64,000 nucleotides of DNA from Antedon mediterranea (taxonomy: Eukaryota; Animalia; Echinodermata): the NCBI RefSeq assembly GCF_964355755.1, contig NC_092673.1:29199648-29263647 (forward strand). The letters run 5' to 3'. Numbering within the stretch: position 1 is the stretch's first letter; the number at the start of each line of letters is the position of its first letter. This document shows positions 38,901-52,791 of the stretch, in pieces. Position numbers and translations under genes: made by a program. The notes under the pieces were generated by a model. It was not told the origin of the DNA and did not search any database. It saw nothing but the letters and a program-made list of their open reading frames with translations.

Positions 38901-41900
38901 TATATAAACTTCCTAAACACTGTAAATCCATATTATTATACTATATGGGTACCAAGTCTGTTAGTTCATGTATTTATAAACATCGTCTGTCTGACACGAA
39001 GGTCAAAAAGATCCTTTAATAGAGGTCATACCATCGCTTACGGTGTTCAGCTACATCTCTCAACAACTGTATGTCGCTGACTTTCTACTGCTCAGATCTT
39101 TTCCAACATAACATTTAAACATTCACAACATTAGATAACAGACAAATATTTACCATAATTTGTTGTTGTACATTTTCTAAATCTTTTAACCACTGAGGTT
39201 GAGTGAGTTCACGCCCATCAAAGTACTGAAGATCGTGGTATTTTAAACGATCAGACATCTACAAAAAAAAGTTAAAATGAACTTATATGTAAAGGCACGT
39301 GATTGGAGTAAATGCAATAAGAATCCCATTCTACGCCAATTTTAATATTTACAAAATAAAGAATTTATATATTACCTGACATACTTGACTGACGAGAGTT
39401 TCACTATAGTGAGTGGGAAGAAATGCGATACTCTTAGCTATCACTTCACAATAATGCAATGCCTAAAAAAACAAAACAAAAAAGAATATTATTATTAAGA
39501 GTTTTGGGGTTAGGGTAGATATTTTCCTTAAATCAAATTATTTCAGATTTTACGTAGTGGTCACCAAAAGTGTTTCCCTTAGCCAAAATGTGATTGGTGA
39601 ATACCTACAGTCTTGGAAGCGGTGAAAATAAGCAAAGAAATGTTTATATTCATTCTCCCAACAGATAAGCTGTTGGTTGTCGTACTCGTAATTCCAACAT
39701 TAGGTGTACATCCCCATTAGAACTTTTTGGTCAAAATCCTTATCAGATAAATCAACTAAGCAGGTGATTAATGACCTGAATCCTATTATACCCCTGTGAT
39801 TTTATTAGCTCTCTTGTAATTGATTGATTAGGAAAAGGTACATTTTTCAGTATGCAAGGTCAATGGTCAGGCAAAAACTAGCAGAAGTCGGCGATGATCA
39901 AAAGGTTTAACGACCTGTCTATCAAAGTTGGACTTATATAAACACATGTCACAGTAGGAGGTTAAGTGACATTTACCCGAAGTTTTGAAAAACTTCGGGT
40001 AAAAATGAACACATTCTCTAATGGGGCTGTACACGTAATGAAATGTAATCTTCTTTATGTGCCGTATTGTCGTGTCAATGTTACCAAGAATGGATTTATC
40101 TCACGTATTTGTCTTCTTTTTAATAATTGTGTTGTTAAAGATAATTCTATTGATCTCTTTTTTGACCATTATAATTGTTTTTGTAATAAAATTAGTAAAA
40201 TTGTATTGTATTTTGTATTGTTAGGTTTTAAGATTTATATATATTTATATGGTATAGTTTATTCCATTCTGTAAGGGGGCGGGTTTCCCGCTGTTGAATG
40301 AGTTTGAATAAAATAAAAAATAAAATAAAAATAAGAGTGACAGCAAACACATTACTTACCTGAATGATGAAGCCATATTCGGCTAGTCTACATGCATAGA
40401 TGAACTTGTAAGCAATGTAATTAGGCATTGTGTAGTGTTTGTTGGCTAGATGTTGAGCATATTCATACACCTCTGTCTGTTGGATTGCTTCGTTAGTTGA
40501 AAATTGATTAAACGGCAGCCTAAAAATAGAAGCAAATATGGAGGAATTGTATCGTTATAATAAAGTAGTATAATAATAAACACCACAAACACAGAACAAT
40601 TATTCTAAACCACCCGGTGATATACGGAAAATGTATTAATTTATTTGAGATGATAAGATGAGGAAATCTGTGAGAATGAGAAAAAGTCGCCTCAACTGAG
40701 ACTCAAACTCGGACCGCCTGCTTGATATGCAGATGTCCTAACCATTAGACTGTATTGTTCAAACTGGATAGCGACTCTTTAACACTCTCTGTTTCATTAT
40801 ATATATATATTTTTTTATTGTTGACCATTGATAGAATGTAATAAATGTATGTTTATATAGGATTGTCCCATTTATGAGAATATTAGGCTTTTGAAGTTTT
40901 ATGATTTTATTACAGTATTACAAATTCAGACACTTCAATTTAACTGTACATACCCATGGCTGGATCCTACTAGCACCATTTTTGAAGATTTTTTGTTGTA
41001 AGTCCCTAGGCCTAACTGTACCATCAAGTAACAGAAATGAGATGCATGTACAAGGCCTCTAGAGCCTAATGAATCCCCTAGTGTTATGATACTCTTTTTA
41101 TCTAGCTCAGCATTTGAGCTTAAGTTTGATAAAACCATGGCCAAATGAGGACGCCAGTCACCCCAGTTAACATCCGAACAACTCTGAAAATAAAAGCATG
41201 ATCATTTTAGTTCAAAATTTAAAAAAAGTTATACAGCTTGGTGAAAATTTTATTTTGGTTTGGAACTAATGGAGAGTTCCTTGATACTGTATCTGTGATT
41301 GCATTTGAATTGCATTAAGCTCTGTCTACAGTTTCAAACTAGTTTGACAAAAAAGTGTGATGTGCCCAAATATGGTAGTCATATGATATCATCATGTCCA
41401 TATATCACATTTTATTGTCACATAAAGTTTGATAGTGTGGACAGAGCTTTAGAATACGTTTTTCAGAATCTTACTGTGACTGCTGCTGGCTGTCTGTCCG
41501 ACATCAGTTGGTATAACGTCTGTAGAGGATCATTCATTGGTAAACTATTAGCAAATCTGTAATGTATAAAACAAATAACAAAAAAGCGTGAGCAGATGCA
41601 GGGGTCTTTAGAGCTTGTTTGTTGACATGAACATGAGTAAATGTGCACACTTTACCAATGACAAAATATCTTGTAGTAAAATATTTTGTAGTGGAGCTGT
41701 AGCTTGGTGGTTAATGTGCTTGCCTTCCAATTCCAGGGTTAAGGGTTCAATCCTGACCTAATGTCAGGGTTTTAACTCATGACTCTTTCAACTCCACTCC
41801 CTAAGCCTCAAATGAGACTTAGGTTATAATAGTTTATCAATCCTTTTAATTGGCGAGTTTGTGCTCGCTGTTGGATGAGTATGAAATAAAATAAATTATA

Positions 41901-44900
41901 CCAATGATAAATATTGCAGAGCCCCCAAAGAAAATGACCGAAAGATTCAGAAACTGGATAGCGAATCTTTAACACTCTCTGTTTCATTATATATATATTT
42001 TTGTATTGTTGACCATTAATAGAATAAATGTAAATAATATATAAATTGCAGAGTCCCCAAGGAAACAGACCGAAAGAGTTCTTGTTTTGCTGATGTCATT
42101 ACCTCGTCATAACACTCGTATGCGTCCTATGATCCATCTTAGTAGCTAACAGCAGCGCATGTCCCCATAGCCCTGACCGTATTGCATTTTCTAACGCATC
42201 CTAAAGAAACAAAATAATGAAACAACAATATTATATTTAACATATATAAAATAACAATACATAATTTATTATCTAACTATTGACTTTGTAAGTACCTTCA
42301 CTTGCACTGATGAAGGGCTATTGTTGCCCGAACGCTTAGCTAACTTTTCTGGCTGTTTTACTTTATCGTTTTGATTTAGCATTTCGCTTTTATACACAGA
42401 GCATTGTCTTTTTTTCAGTAATTTGCCTTTGGATTAATATATAATTTATTAAGTATTTAAAATATTTTCAAACATTTTATTTGTGCACTAAAGTACTTTT
42501 CAATCATTTATTCATTTATCTATTTTCACTGCTTTTGTATCAAGCATATGAAGCTAAACATGCAGATTATCATAAAATAATTAAAAAAAAATTATTATTA
42601 TTTTTCATTATTTAAATATCATGAAATAAAACAATTAAATATTCACCAAGCAACACGTAATATTTACCTTCTTTCTGCCAAATAATAACAGTTCCCTAAA
42701 TCGCCGAGTTTCTTTTTCAACATCAACCGCTTTCTTATGCTGGAGTGAATTAGTAGGAGTACCTGAGTCGGCCTCTTCTTCTTCTGTTTCATTTGAGCCT
42801 AGCACGGGATGATTGTTCAGTATTAGCTCAGACATATCTGTACCAACCACAGTCTGAAAAGTAAATCAGCTTTATATTAAATTTACCTGTTTGATAAGGT
42901 AGATATTCTACTTTGCTAAAACCGTGAAAAGTAAATCATCACCTTTATATTTGATTTACTAAATATTTTTTTCAATTCATCTTTTATTGGTTGAATTTAT
43001 ATAAAAATCGAAATCAGAAAATCTTTGTTTATTATCTTTGTTTATACATATATATTTGAAAAAGGCAGATCAAAACTTGTTTTTTCTCTAGGATAAACAA
43101 GAAATATTTCTTTCATACATAGTAAAACTACATACCCCATTTTGTCTGCACAACAACACCATGAGATCCCATAGGAGAGTGGCTGATTCTTTGTCAATGG
43201 CGCTAGTGTCTTCACGGCAACTTTTGACTTTCTTGCTTGCAAAACTAATCACATCACCTTTGTGGGTTTCGTTCCTAGAGTTCAAATGATAACAAACATA
43301 CCTTAATACCAATCTACTTGACATACAGATATGTGATGAAAATAAAATTGATAAATTTACTGAAATCCCTGAACTCTTCTAAAATCACAATTTTCATAAG
43401 ATTCATAATGATAGCAATAATAATATTGAATATTTATAAAGAGCTCTTTACCAGAGTCTCACTTGAAGAGTGGATGGAGGATGGAGTGAACAGATGGAAT
43501 GAGGAAGTTGATTCCAGATCTCTGGTGTCTGACTGAGCAAAGAAATGTAGGCACAGATTTTATGTTGGTTCTAGGTGGTGTTAACATAACAGGATCTGTT
43601 TTAGAAAAGAGTATACTTAACAACTGAACATACCTTATAAGAGGACCAGGAAAAGCCCTTAGTTCTTGAGAATCAGCTGTGTGTTCTAGCATGGCCTTCA
43701 AGAAATAATAATTTATTATTATTAGTATCATTTACAAACTAGGTATTGTTGTACCTCTTTCAACGATAAAAATTAAGGTACCAACCTGAATGCTGTGAAT
43801 TTCAACAGTAGCTGTACCACCTTCTGTGGGTGAATTTGGAAGAACTTTTAGCAGGTGACCTCCTGGGCTAAAACGTCCTACTATGTGCGGTAACGAGAAC
43901 TTTGTTGGCGTTCTCCTTTGAGGAGGCCCAGCTTCTTCAACTGAAAAGAATGAGGAAAGGAATGAACAGTTTAAGCAGCTGATTAAATGTTTCCGTACAA
44001 ACAACTGTTGTTATAAATAATATAATATAATCAAAGAATTAAAAAATGCCATATATCCAATGGTTGGTCATAGGCGTAGTACATGTTTGTAGCTCGTAGG
44101 AGAAGGCGCCTGGTTAAGAGATACACAAAAACTGTCATAAACAGATATATGGACACGATGAAGTCATATCACAACTCCTTTTGGGTACATCACACATTTT
44201 TTGTCAAACTAGTGGCATATGTAGAAAGAGGCTTATCGAAGAAGGATGAGGTTAAAAAGTCCACTCGGACAGCACCATAAGCAATGATTGTTAGAACACA
44301 TTGTCTAGGGTTATCTAATCTATTGTTCTTTAAGCCTGGCAGTTTCAATCACATGTGTCATTTAAAATACAATATATATGGATAGTATGTGTTTGCAATC
44401 AAAGCTCTGTCTACACTATCAAACTAATTTGACAAAAAAGGTGATGTGTATGGTAGTAATATGCTTAAATATGGTTGTGATATGACATCATCATGTCCAT
44501 ATATGGGCACATCACATTTTTTTTGTCAAATAAACTTTGATAGTGTAGACAGAGATTTAGTTTGGCAGTAAGATAAAATCAACACTTAAGTAGTCCAGTC
44601 AGTAACTAAAAGTATACTGATACCTTGAGTTGGTTGAATAAATGATCCTTCATTGTAACCATCGTAAGATGTATTTTCTGCCGCTTGTTGGGACACATCT
44701 TGATTTTGTTCATATAAACTTGATCCTTTACTAATGGAGCTCATGTCTTGGTTGTAGCCCTCTGGTGTATTGCCTCCAGTGTGATGGAAAGTATTTGCAA
44801 ACCTGAATCAACAAATGTGTGACAATATTTCAGTGTTCATCTTTCAATAACAGTTTCTTTACAGAGAAATTAAAAAACATAAATATGCTATTTATAAAAA

Positions 44901-47900
44901 AAAAGAGAAAATATTAAATTTCTAACTATATTGATGAACTGAACTAAATGCCTGTTTTTTTGTAATGTATAAATATACAATTTAATTTTAATATACAGTT
45001 AACATTCACAGTAAACAGAGAAAGAATGAGAATCTAATTGCCAAAAAAAAATGAATCGTTTTTTGAAAAACAATATCAAATTGGAGAACAAAGGAGCATT
45101 TTTTTAAACTTTCAACACACTTCTTAGGTTCTTTTGTTATGAATTATTTGACATTATTTGGCAAAGCCATGATTTAAACCCCAGATTTTAAGATTGGTAA
45201 CCAAGCGTGTTAACCGCTAAAACTAATAAACCATAGTACAAGAAACTGTCGTTATCAATGATGACTTTAACAAATGATGAACACAAAAAAATATGACAGA
45301 AAAGACAAAGAATACAAGAAGAACCAAAACAATGATTTAAATGTAAGAAGAAGATGATCCATTTAGAAGAATAGAATAAAAGAAAAACAAATTCAAATTC
45401 TGCTTTTTGTCATGATTTTAATTGATGTCTTAACCGGTAAAAATAAGTAAAATTATCACTTAAACAAGGAGAAAAAAGAATAGGATAAACAAACAAAAAA
45501 TATCCTGCAGTGCTAATGATGTGAGAGCCATGAATTTTACCCATGTGTAGAAAGAGAAAGATGGAATAGAATAACAGATGAAAAGTATATTTATTTTATT
45601 TCTCTCGGGCAACCAGTAGAATAAGCATCCAGACACGGTCACAAGCACGTATGTACTTACGATGCATTATCATATTGCAGATCTATAGATCCTCTACTAG
45701 TGTTCTGTTGTGACCTATAATATTCATCATAGTAATTCTGTTGCATGCGTCTTAATGAACTAATTGATAATTAAAGAGAAAAAACTTGATAAATTGTCAT
45801 ATAAAAAATTGAAATGTAGTTTGTTTTGTTTAAAGCCTCAGTCCTGTTTTACCATTTTTATTGGGCCAGCCAGTTTTGAATCACCAGTCAAATCTCGGTA
45901 CTTTTTCTAAATTTGTCCAGCTCATAGGTTTCTGTATCATGTTAGGGCCTACGGTACAGACATCACATGTGATACACATATTATTCAAGAAACACAGCAG
46001 ATTTTACTTACGAGTTATCTTCAGTTGTTTGTTGTTTATCTTCGGCTCCTCTGCTGTTATTCTGTTGTGATCTATAATATTCAGCATAATATTGTTGTTG
46101 CATACGTCTATACTCCTGGTCTTGGTACGAGTCGTACTGATAACCTTGTGGGTACCCATGGCTATTGCGATGCTGATCACGATCGTATGATGTCTGTCGA
46201 CCGTGTTCATCATAACCTATCAATATCAAAAACATTTTTTTTTTGTTAAACTTGATTTTATTGTAAGATTCTTATCCCATTTAGGTTAAAAATTACTGTA
46301 GCAAACTTGATGGATATACAATCACATGTAAACACTATAAAAAAAAAAAACTGGTATAGCACCCGATTGATTAGAACGTATAGTAGGAAGACAAGTATAA
46401 TCACTGGTTATAAATCTATGCATATGGACTATGTTTAGCACCTGTTTGGAACCTCCTTGCCTTTTATATTTGTTTTGTCTTCTTCTGTATTGTATATGGC
46501 AGAAAATTGAATAAATAAATAAAATAAATACCCTAAAGCTCTGTTTACACTATCAAAACTTTGTTTGACAAAACATTTGGGCATATCATTACCATATTTG
46601 GACATTACATGACACTTTTTTGTCAAACTAGTTTGATAATGTAGACAGAGCTTAAGAAGGATTTACTATAGAATGTTTAGATGTTTGCCTACCTCTGCGA
46701 GCTTGACCATGGTCTCTTGAATAGGCATCAGCATCATCCCTACCCCTTGAACTTGGTCGGTCATCACTAGTTCCGGAAGCTGGACTTGTTGTGTCTTGTC
46801 GTGACCGAGGTCGATTATAGTCATATTGCGAATTATAAGGATCTGTATATCTACGACTATAGTATCTTCTACGAGCATATTCCTGCTGTCTGTAATAATC
46901 TTCGTAGTATTTTCTATTGTATCCTCTCTGCCCACTATATTGGTAGCCGTAGTACGGATCGTACCCCTGTCCGTAGGGGTCGTACGGCGTGCCACCGTAC
47001 CCAGCATATGGACCACGACTTGTGGATCTTTCAGGGTAGTGACCTTGTGCTGGTGAATTCTAAATAAATGATTTACATAAAGGTTAGTTTTTCAGCTATA
47101 ATATTATTATGATCATTCAATAACTATACAGTATAATTACAATACTAGTAATAGTATACAACAAGCAACTCTTATATTCATTGAGAAGTCTTAATTGGTT
47201 CTTGATTATGGTAGTACAATTTTATAAAATGACAAAAACGCTATTCACCTGATGTGGTGGGAACTGTGCATAACCTCTGTGTCTACCTTGTTGATATCCT
47301 TCTGGGTATTGGGCGTATTGTTGCACCCCTTGATGCGCCATTGGACCCATGGGCTGTGTACTAGGATACTGTTGCTGTACGCCTTGAGTCGTCGCTGATA
47401 TCCGAGTCCCATCTAAGTTCATGTTGGCCACACCTTGAGTGATTTGACTTGTTATTCCAGCTTGTGATTCAATCTGTTGTTGTTGTGGGATAACATGTGG
47501 TTGAATCTGTGGGTTTGTTTGTGGTTGTACATGTGGGCTAGCCTGTGGCTGTGAACCCAATACTGTTGGTAAGCTAAGGGGTACTGGGGGCTGGATTACA
47601 GAATGTCCTGGTGTATTTCCTAAAGATGTAGGTGCTTGTCCTCTAAGGACAGAAGCTGGAAGTGGTTTTGGCGGAGCTACATTTACCATTGGACTACCTC
47701 TAAACTGCTGAGAAGGTGTCTGTGGCATTGACATGGGAGGAGAAATTTGTGAAGAAGCCACTAATGGTGCAGATGCTGTAACTGTGTTTGTCACTGCAAT
47801 TTGACTTGAGTGACTAGTAGAAGCCTGTATTGGAGTAGGTTGTAACGCATGTACAGGACCAGTACTAGAAAATACTACCGGTAGGGGTGCTGGACCAGGT

Positions 47901-49918
47901 ATACAAGTAGGTATACCGCTAGAAGGTAAAACTGGTTTTGCAACTGGAGCTGGTGCTGCTGTTGTTAACTGAATATTGTTGGGCAGAGCAGGTACTTCTG
48001 CCGACCATAATGGTGGAGAAGGCATAACTCTTTTTTGTTGTACTACAGCGCCTCCACGACCGGCTTTAACAGTAGTGAAAGCACTAGGATGGGCACCACC
48101 TTGTACCAAATGATCAACCTCCTCTGTTGATTTGTGTCGCATACGAGATAAGTCTTCAGGCGACGGATTCTCAGGTTTGTTGTCACCGACATTTTCTTGT
48201 GAGGCTGCCACAACAGGTGGTTCTGCATCGGGCTGAAAATGAACGGTTTGCACTGAATCCTGTGAAACCATGTGACTCCCATCAGGATTGGAATGTGGAT
48301 TGTCAATGTTCTCGCTATTTTTATGTACCGCACTTTGATCCAAGATGGAAGCAACACCGAAGTTTGGAAACGCACTCGAATCTTGAGTTAAACTCCCAGC
48401 GTTTTGAAGGGCAACAGAATCAACATGCATCTGAGGTTGATTAGATTGATGGTGGGTTGAATCCTCTGTAACATCAAGAGGTTCTTCTACACCCGTAGGA
48501 CCCGAAGCAGGCAGATGTTCAGGCGGATGTTGAACTTCACTTGAACCTTCACCAATAAGAGAATTACTTCGGCTGTGTTGTTCAGAATGGGAACTGTCCG
48601 ACACAGACAACCCCATCATAGAACTACTTCTACTGCCACTGTGATCACTCCTTTTGTCAAGATCTTCACTAGCACTCATCACATGTGGTCCTACCGAAAT
48701 ACCAGTTTCCTCTGGTAAACTAGGATTATTGTGCTGCATAGGTGGAGACATACTACTCATTCCAAGATCTGGACCCATTCTGTCGGGTTCAAATCTGACA
48801 GGCTCTCCACGAATTTCAGGAGCTAGATCAGGCTCCAACCTATTAAAGTCTAGTCCCTCATGGGCAAAGTTATTGCAGTGCAAATTTGGTTGCAAACTAT
48901 TTGATTCAGATACTGATGGGTTCAAAGATGATTCAAACCAACCATGTTGTTGTTGCTGAGGCACGACATCTGTATATTCCTGACCTGAAGGATTACCATC
49001 CTTAGAATTTGAAACAATATCAGGGACGCTTTGACCGCAATTCCTAAGCTCATCCCCCAAAGGTTGATCAACAAGAGCATCCATCTGCTGCTCAACTGGA
49101 TTCCGCTCATACTGTCCTTGCGAGGGGGGTGGAATATTTCCCAGAGAGCCTGGGAGAACATGTCCGTCTGCATGCTCACCTGGGTAATTATTATGTAATA
49201 AGTCTGACGGCCCATTAGCAAATATATCAGCGTTCTCACCGATAGCTTTTTGATGTGGGTTGCCAAAGTCATTATTCTGCGGGTAAAATATATGACAAGG
49301 TCCAAAGTGGTGGTCTTGCAGCGCTAAATTACCTGCTACGTTCGGTACATCCTGGTTGTTCCATTGAACATTAGGATCTGCATGAGCAGCGTAATTCCAT
49401 TGTAGTTGATTATTGTACTGGGCGTGTCCCTGATATTGTTCCTGTCCTGTTTGTTGTGCGTTCTTCAGGTCTTCTGGGTTGTAGAATACTGGCTGCTGGT
49501 AAGAGGCACCACCACCCGTATAATCACCTGGGTTGTGGTATCCTAATTGTTGGTTATTACCCACGTTGCCAGGAGCAACTAGGTCGGGTTGTTGCCAGCC
49601 AGGGTCATCAGATGGTATAAAATCTTGAGCTCCTGAATAAGAATACACAAGTTAATGATTTTTAATAACAATTGTTAATCACTAAAATACACAGTGACAA
49701 AGCATACCTCTATGGACAGAGTATGTTTAAAGATCAAAAAAGATTTTTAAACAACAAATAGATTATACAGCAACAGTTTAAACTTATCAATATACTTGTT
49801 CAGTGCTGGATACATATTGATTTAATAGAATTTAAATCTTACCATTATTAAAATATGAGGCGGCTCCATTAGCATTTTGTTGTTGTTGTTGTTGTTGATC
49901 TCCGTCATTGCCAGACAT
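28522..49918 (-). CDS. SEC16A: Protein transport protein SEC16 (SEC16A-like COPII/ER exit site scaffold), more than 20 exons
   Basis: ATG at 49918 (exon 49918-49843), then a 2.4-kb disordered exon 49632-47249 and Arg/Tyr-rich exons 47059-46693 and 46216-46012. Central conserved domain exons lie between 43940 and 39154 ([14 protein letters not shown]|[21 protein letters not shown]|[38 protein letters not shown]). C-terminal motifs are [14 protein letters not shown] (~35670-35700), RNYVDVF (~35185-35205) and [18 protein letters not shown] (~32755-32807). Stop at 28522-28524. Some small 3' exons were not resolved. Confidence 0.95.
31479..31736. mobile_element. Tc1/mariner(pogo)-like MITE family D (TIR CAGTAGA[A]CC..GGTTCTACT, internal CCCCTATTGAGGGGAC repeats)
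   Basis: Related copies at 32311-32496 (with ~18-bp internal tandem repeats), ~28260-28480 and a fragment at ~33895-33920. Confidence 0.55.
33110..33402. mobile_element. Kolobok-like MITE with ~90-bp imperfect TIRs
   Basis: TTAA|AGGACAACTTTACCAAGAACCATATTTTGACAAC... matches ...GTTGTCAAAATATGGTTCTCGGTAGAGTTGTCCT|TCAA in inverted orientation. Confidence 0.8.
34360..34530. repeat. 22-bp tandem repeat, about 8 copies
   Basis: Unit ~GGGAAATAACTAGGCCTGGGC[AG]; it abuts a half copy of MITE family A. Confidence 0.9.
37851..37972. repeat. 29-bp tandem repeat x4
   Basis: Unit AAATACAATACATACAGTACAGAAATGCA; it produces several spurious ORFs. Confidence 0.92.
41693..41890 (+). mobile_element. tRNA-derived SINE (tRNA-Gly-like head)
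   Basis: A box TAGCTTGGTGG, GCCTTCCAA loop, B box GGTTCAATCC and an (AAATA)n tail near 41884-41895. Other degenerate tRNA-like heads lie on the minus strand at ~40690-40750 and ~45170-45224. Confidence 0.6.
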
Positions 49919-51109
49919 GATACTCACAATAAATTAACCTCAACACCAAATAAACGTCATTCAGTAGAAACTTTTTTTAACTGAAATGAAAAATACAGTG
50001 GTTACCATGATTGAGTTGAGGTGTATTATTAGTTTAGCTAAAATGATGAAAACAGGGACAATGTTGTACAGTTTCATAAAGCCCATATATGAACACGGTA
50101 ATGTCATATCACTACCATATTTGGGCATATCACTACCATATTTGGGCATATCACTACCATATTTGGGCACACTTTTTTGTCAAACTAGTTTGATAACTGA
50201 TAGTGTAGACAGAGCTTAACACTCACTCAACAGTTTAATACATTGAAATCAATAAGTTTGGGAGCCATCTGTATATAATAATGGAAAGATCATCATTCAC
50301 TTTTGTACAGTATGAAATAACTTTTTGATTTCATGTCATGAACTATGTTTTAGTTAGGACTATCTCAATTAAATTTATTCTTTAATTTAAATAACAATGA
50401 GGATTTATCATAAATTCTATTCAACATCTGTTACAGGATAAATTGGCAACAGAACACTGTTGTGCAGATTTAATATCTTGAATGTGAAGCCTGGAGTCTA
50501 CAAAGGATTGTATGCTAGTATCTTATGTGTTAAATAACATTATTATTAATTTAAAAATAAAAAAACAAATGTAAACATGATTGATAAAATAATCTTTTCT
50601 CGATATTCACAAAGAGTCCACAAATGAACGAAACTAGCAATTAATGGTTTGTGAAAGTTAAATAATAATGACGTTTGTTTTAGAAAGGGACTGGGCCTGG
50701 CCCACCATTCCCATTATCCTGCTGTAAAAAAATTATACAAATTAAAAATACAAAAAAAACAAACATTAAACAATAATTTTGTACTAAAAGAATTATACAT
50801 TACTACTAATATTAATAGGCCTGGTATTACATTATATGTTCTACAGTACCGCTATGTTATATGGCCAGATACTGTACTTCGTGTTATAAAGGTAGGCTGA
50901 CACAAAAGACCTTTATCAGGGATAGTAGCCTCTTTTAGCATCTGTTGTGAAAATTAGGCCTACTACTAGTAGGCCTAGTAGTTAGGCCTAAAACCTAAAC
51001 CAGCCGTTTGTCATGAACGTAAACAGAGTGGATTTTCTAAAGTTACAGTTACCATATTTTGTATATAAGTGAATAAACCACAACTCTAATATTTCGAAAA
51101 CCTTATCTT

Positions 51110-52360
51110 ATCATTACCTTTATAAAAAAGCTTTTACATTACAGATAAATCCATGATAGTAAATAGGTATACAAAACGGAATTTATCAGTATATTTTGCA
51201 CCGTGGTAGTAATAGTCGACGTGGTATTATACGCATGCGCTTGAGATTATAAACTTGTCGCCTATGCTCAATCAAGCGTGATGAACCCGGAATTCAATTT
51301 TTTTTTAAAGTTTATGAGAAAATTTCAGAAATTATGTTTATAATTTCCATAGAGTCAGTGGCAAGTCAATCATGAAGGTATAAATACCTCCATGAGTCAA
51401 TATTGATTATATTCAACAGGAATGTTATAAATATATTTTCATGATGATATTGTCCCCTTGAAAACATTTTTTAAATGTATTTGTTGAATATGCCATTTAT
51501 TATTTAATTTCACATGATATGAGTTATTCACTTTGTTGAAGCATGGAGGTATAAAAATAGAAATCTAATTTTATACCTCCATGGAGGTATCGATGCAAAA
51601 TTTATTTATTGATTCGACACACTATAATTTAACTATCGAGTAAAGAATAATAGTTATTCTTTACTTCTGATTTAACTCAAAAAATAGACAGATCAAAAAT
51701 ATAGACAGATTGACTGTTTCGGTTGAATTTAACCGTTTATTTTTGTCTTTTTATAAGTGAAAACATTATTTTTTTTAATTTCCTTATTTCTAACATAATT
51801 AATTGCCTATTCAAAGTCTTCTTTTTTTAAATTAGTCTTCGTGTTTTTGGGGGACAATCTTATATACAAAGCAATGTTGCCTTCCAAAATACCCCAATCC
51901 AGGCATATTTTTCAGATAAAAACTACGTCATCGTAAAAAAACCGAATTAGGCATATTTAATTTGTTTAAATTGGGTAAGGAAAGCATTTTATTATGGGGT
52001 AACGGATCAGAGAGAGTTTTACTTTATTTTTATCTTAACATAAGATGTGTTTAATATCAAATCATATCATATCATATCAGATCGGTTTATATTATTGAAC
52101 GGGTTATGGTTGAAATGATTATAATAAAAAAAAATCTTTGTTTATAAATAAAAAGTACGGAGTTTCCGAAAATTCATATTGATCGGAGGGGTGGGGTGGG
52201 CGAGTTGAATTGCAGGAACAGCCGTTTATCTACTTCCGGGTCATGATTAATGAAGCGTGTGATCTGAATGAACTTTACGATGTGTTTTCCAATCCACGTC
52301 AGCTCTAAACATAAGGTTATTACTGTATTTATTATTGATAAACGACCAGAAAACACTGCT
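51110..52360. promoter_or_regulatory. Divergent promoter region between SEC16 and SEC22B
   Basis: SEC16 side: GACGTGG 51218-51224, NRF1-like ACGCATGCGC 51231-51240 and ETS CCGGAA ~51287. SEC22B side: GC box 52187-52202, ETS ACTTCCGG 52232-52239, and CCAAT 52289-52293 directly followed by CCACGTCA 52294-52301. TSS positions are inferred. Confidence 0.6.
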
Positions 52361-52791
52361 CGGTAACAATTGTTGTTTCGTCTACAGAAGATTTAGTATA
52401 TTTTATACTTTCAGTTGATTGCAATTTACCAAGGAAAAAGTCAGTAACCAAGTTAACAATCAGTTTTGTTTTAGCGTGATGCACGGTAACTCCGTCCCGT
52501 CTGCTGAGCGAGAGTTTGTCAGCAAGTTTACGCTTCTTCCCCCATCTCTGCAAGCGAAAATATATGAGGCTAAGCCTATCTAGGCCTAGCCTAGATAATA
52601 CATTACAATACAAAGTTTCATAAGTGCAGATTAAAATTGTTGTTGTAAATAGTTATCAGTAATTATGTACAGGCCTAGACTAGTCAGATATAATCAATGT
52701 TGAATTTTAAAATAAGATAATTAATTTATATTAAATAGTTTTTTGAATATCTAATTCTTTGCAGGTTTGAAAGAAACAGAAAGAGCAAAAA

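Noticed and set aside
41693-41762. tRNA-Gly gene
   Set aside because: The acceptor and anticodon stems do not pair and an unrelated body and tail follow, so a SINE head fits better.
48043-49305. Alternative-frame and antisense ORFs of 100-127 aa
   Set aside because: They are shadows of the GC-richer 2.4-kb SEC16 exon and have no recognisable motifs.
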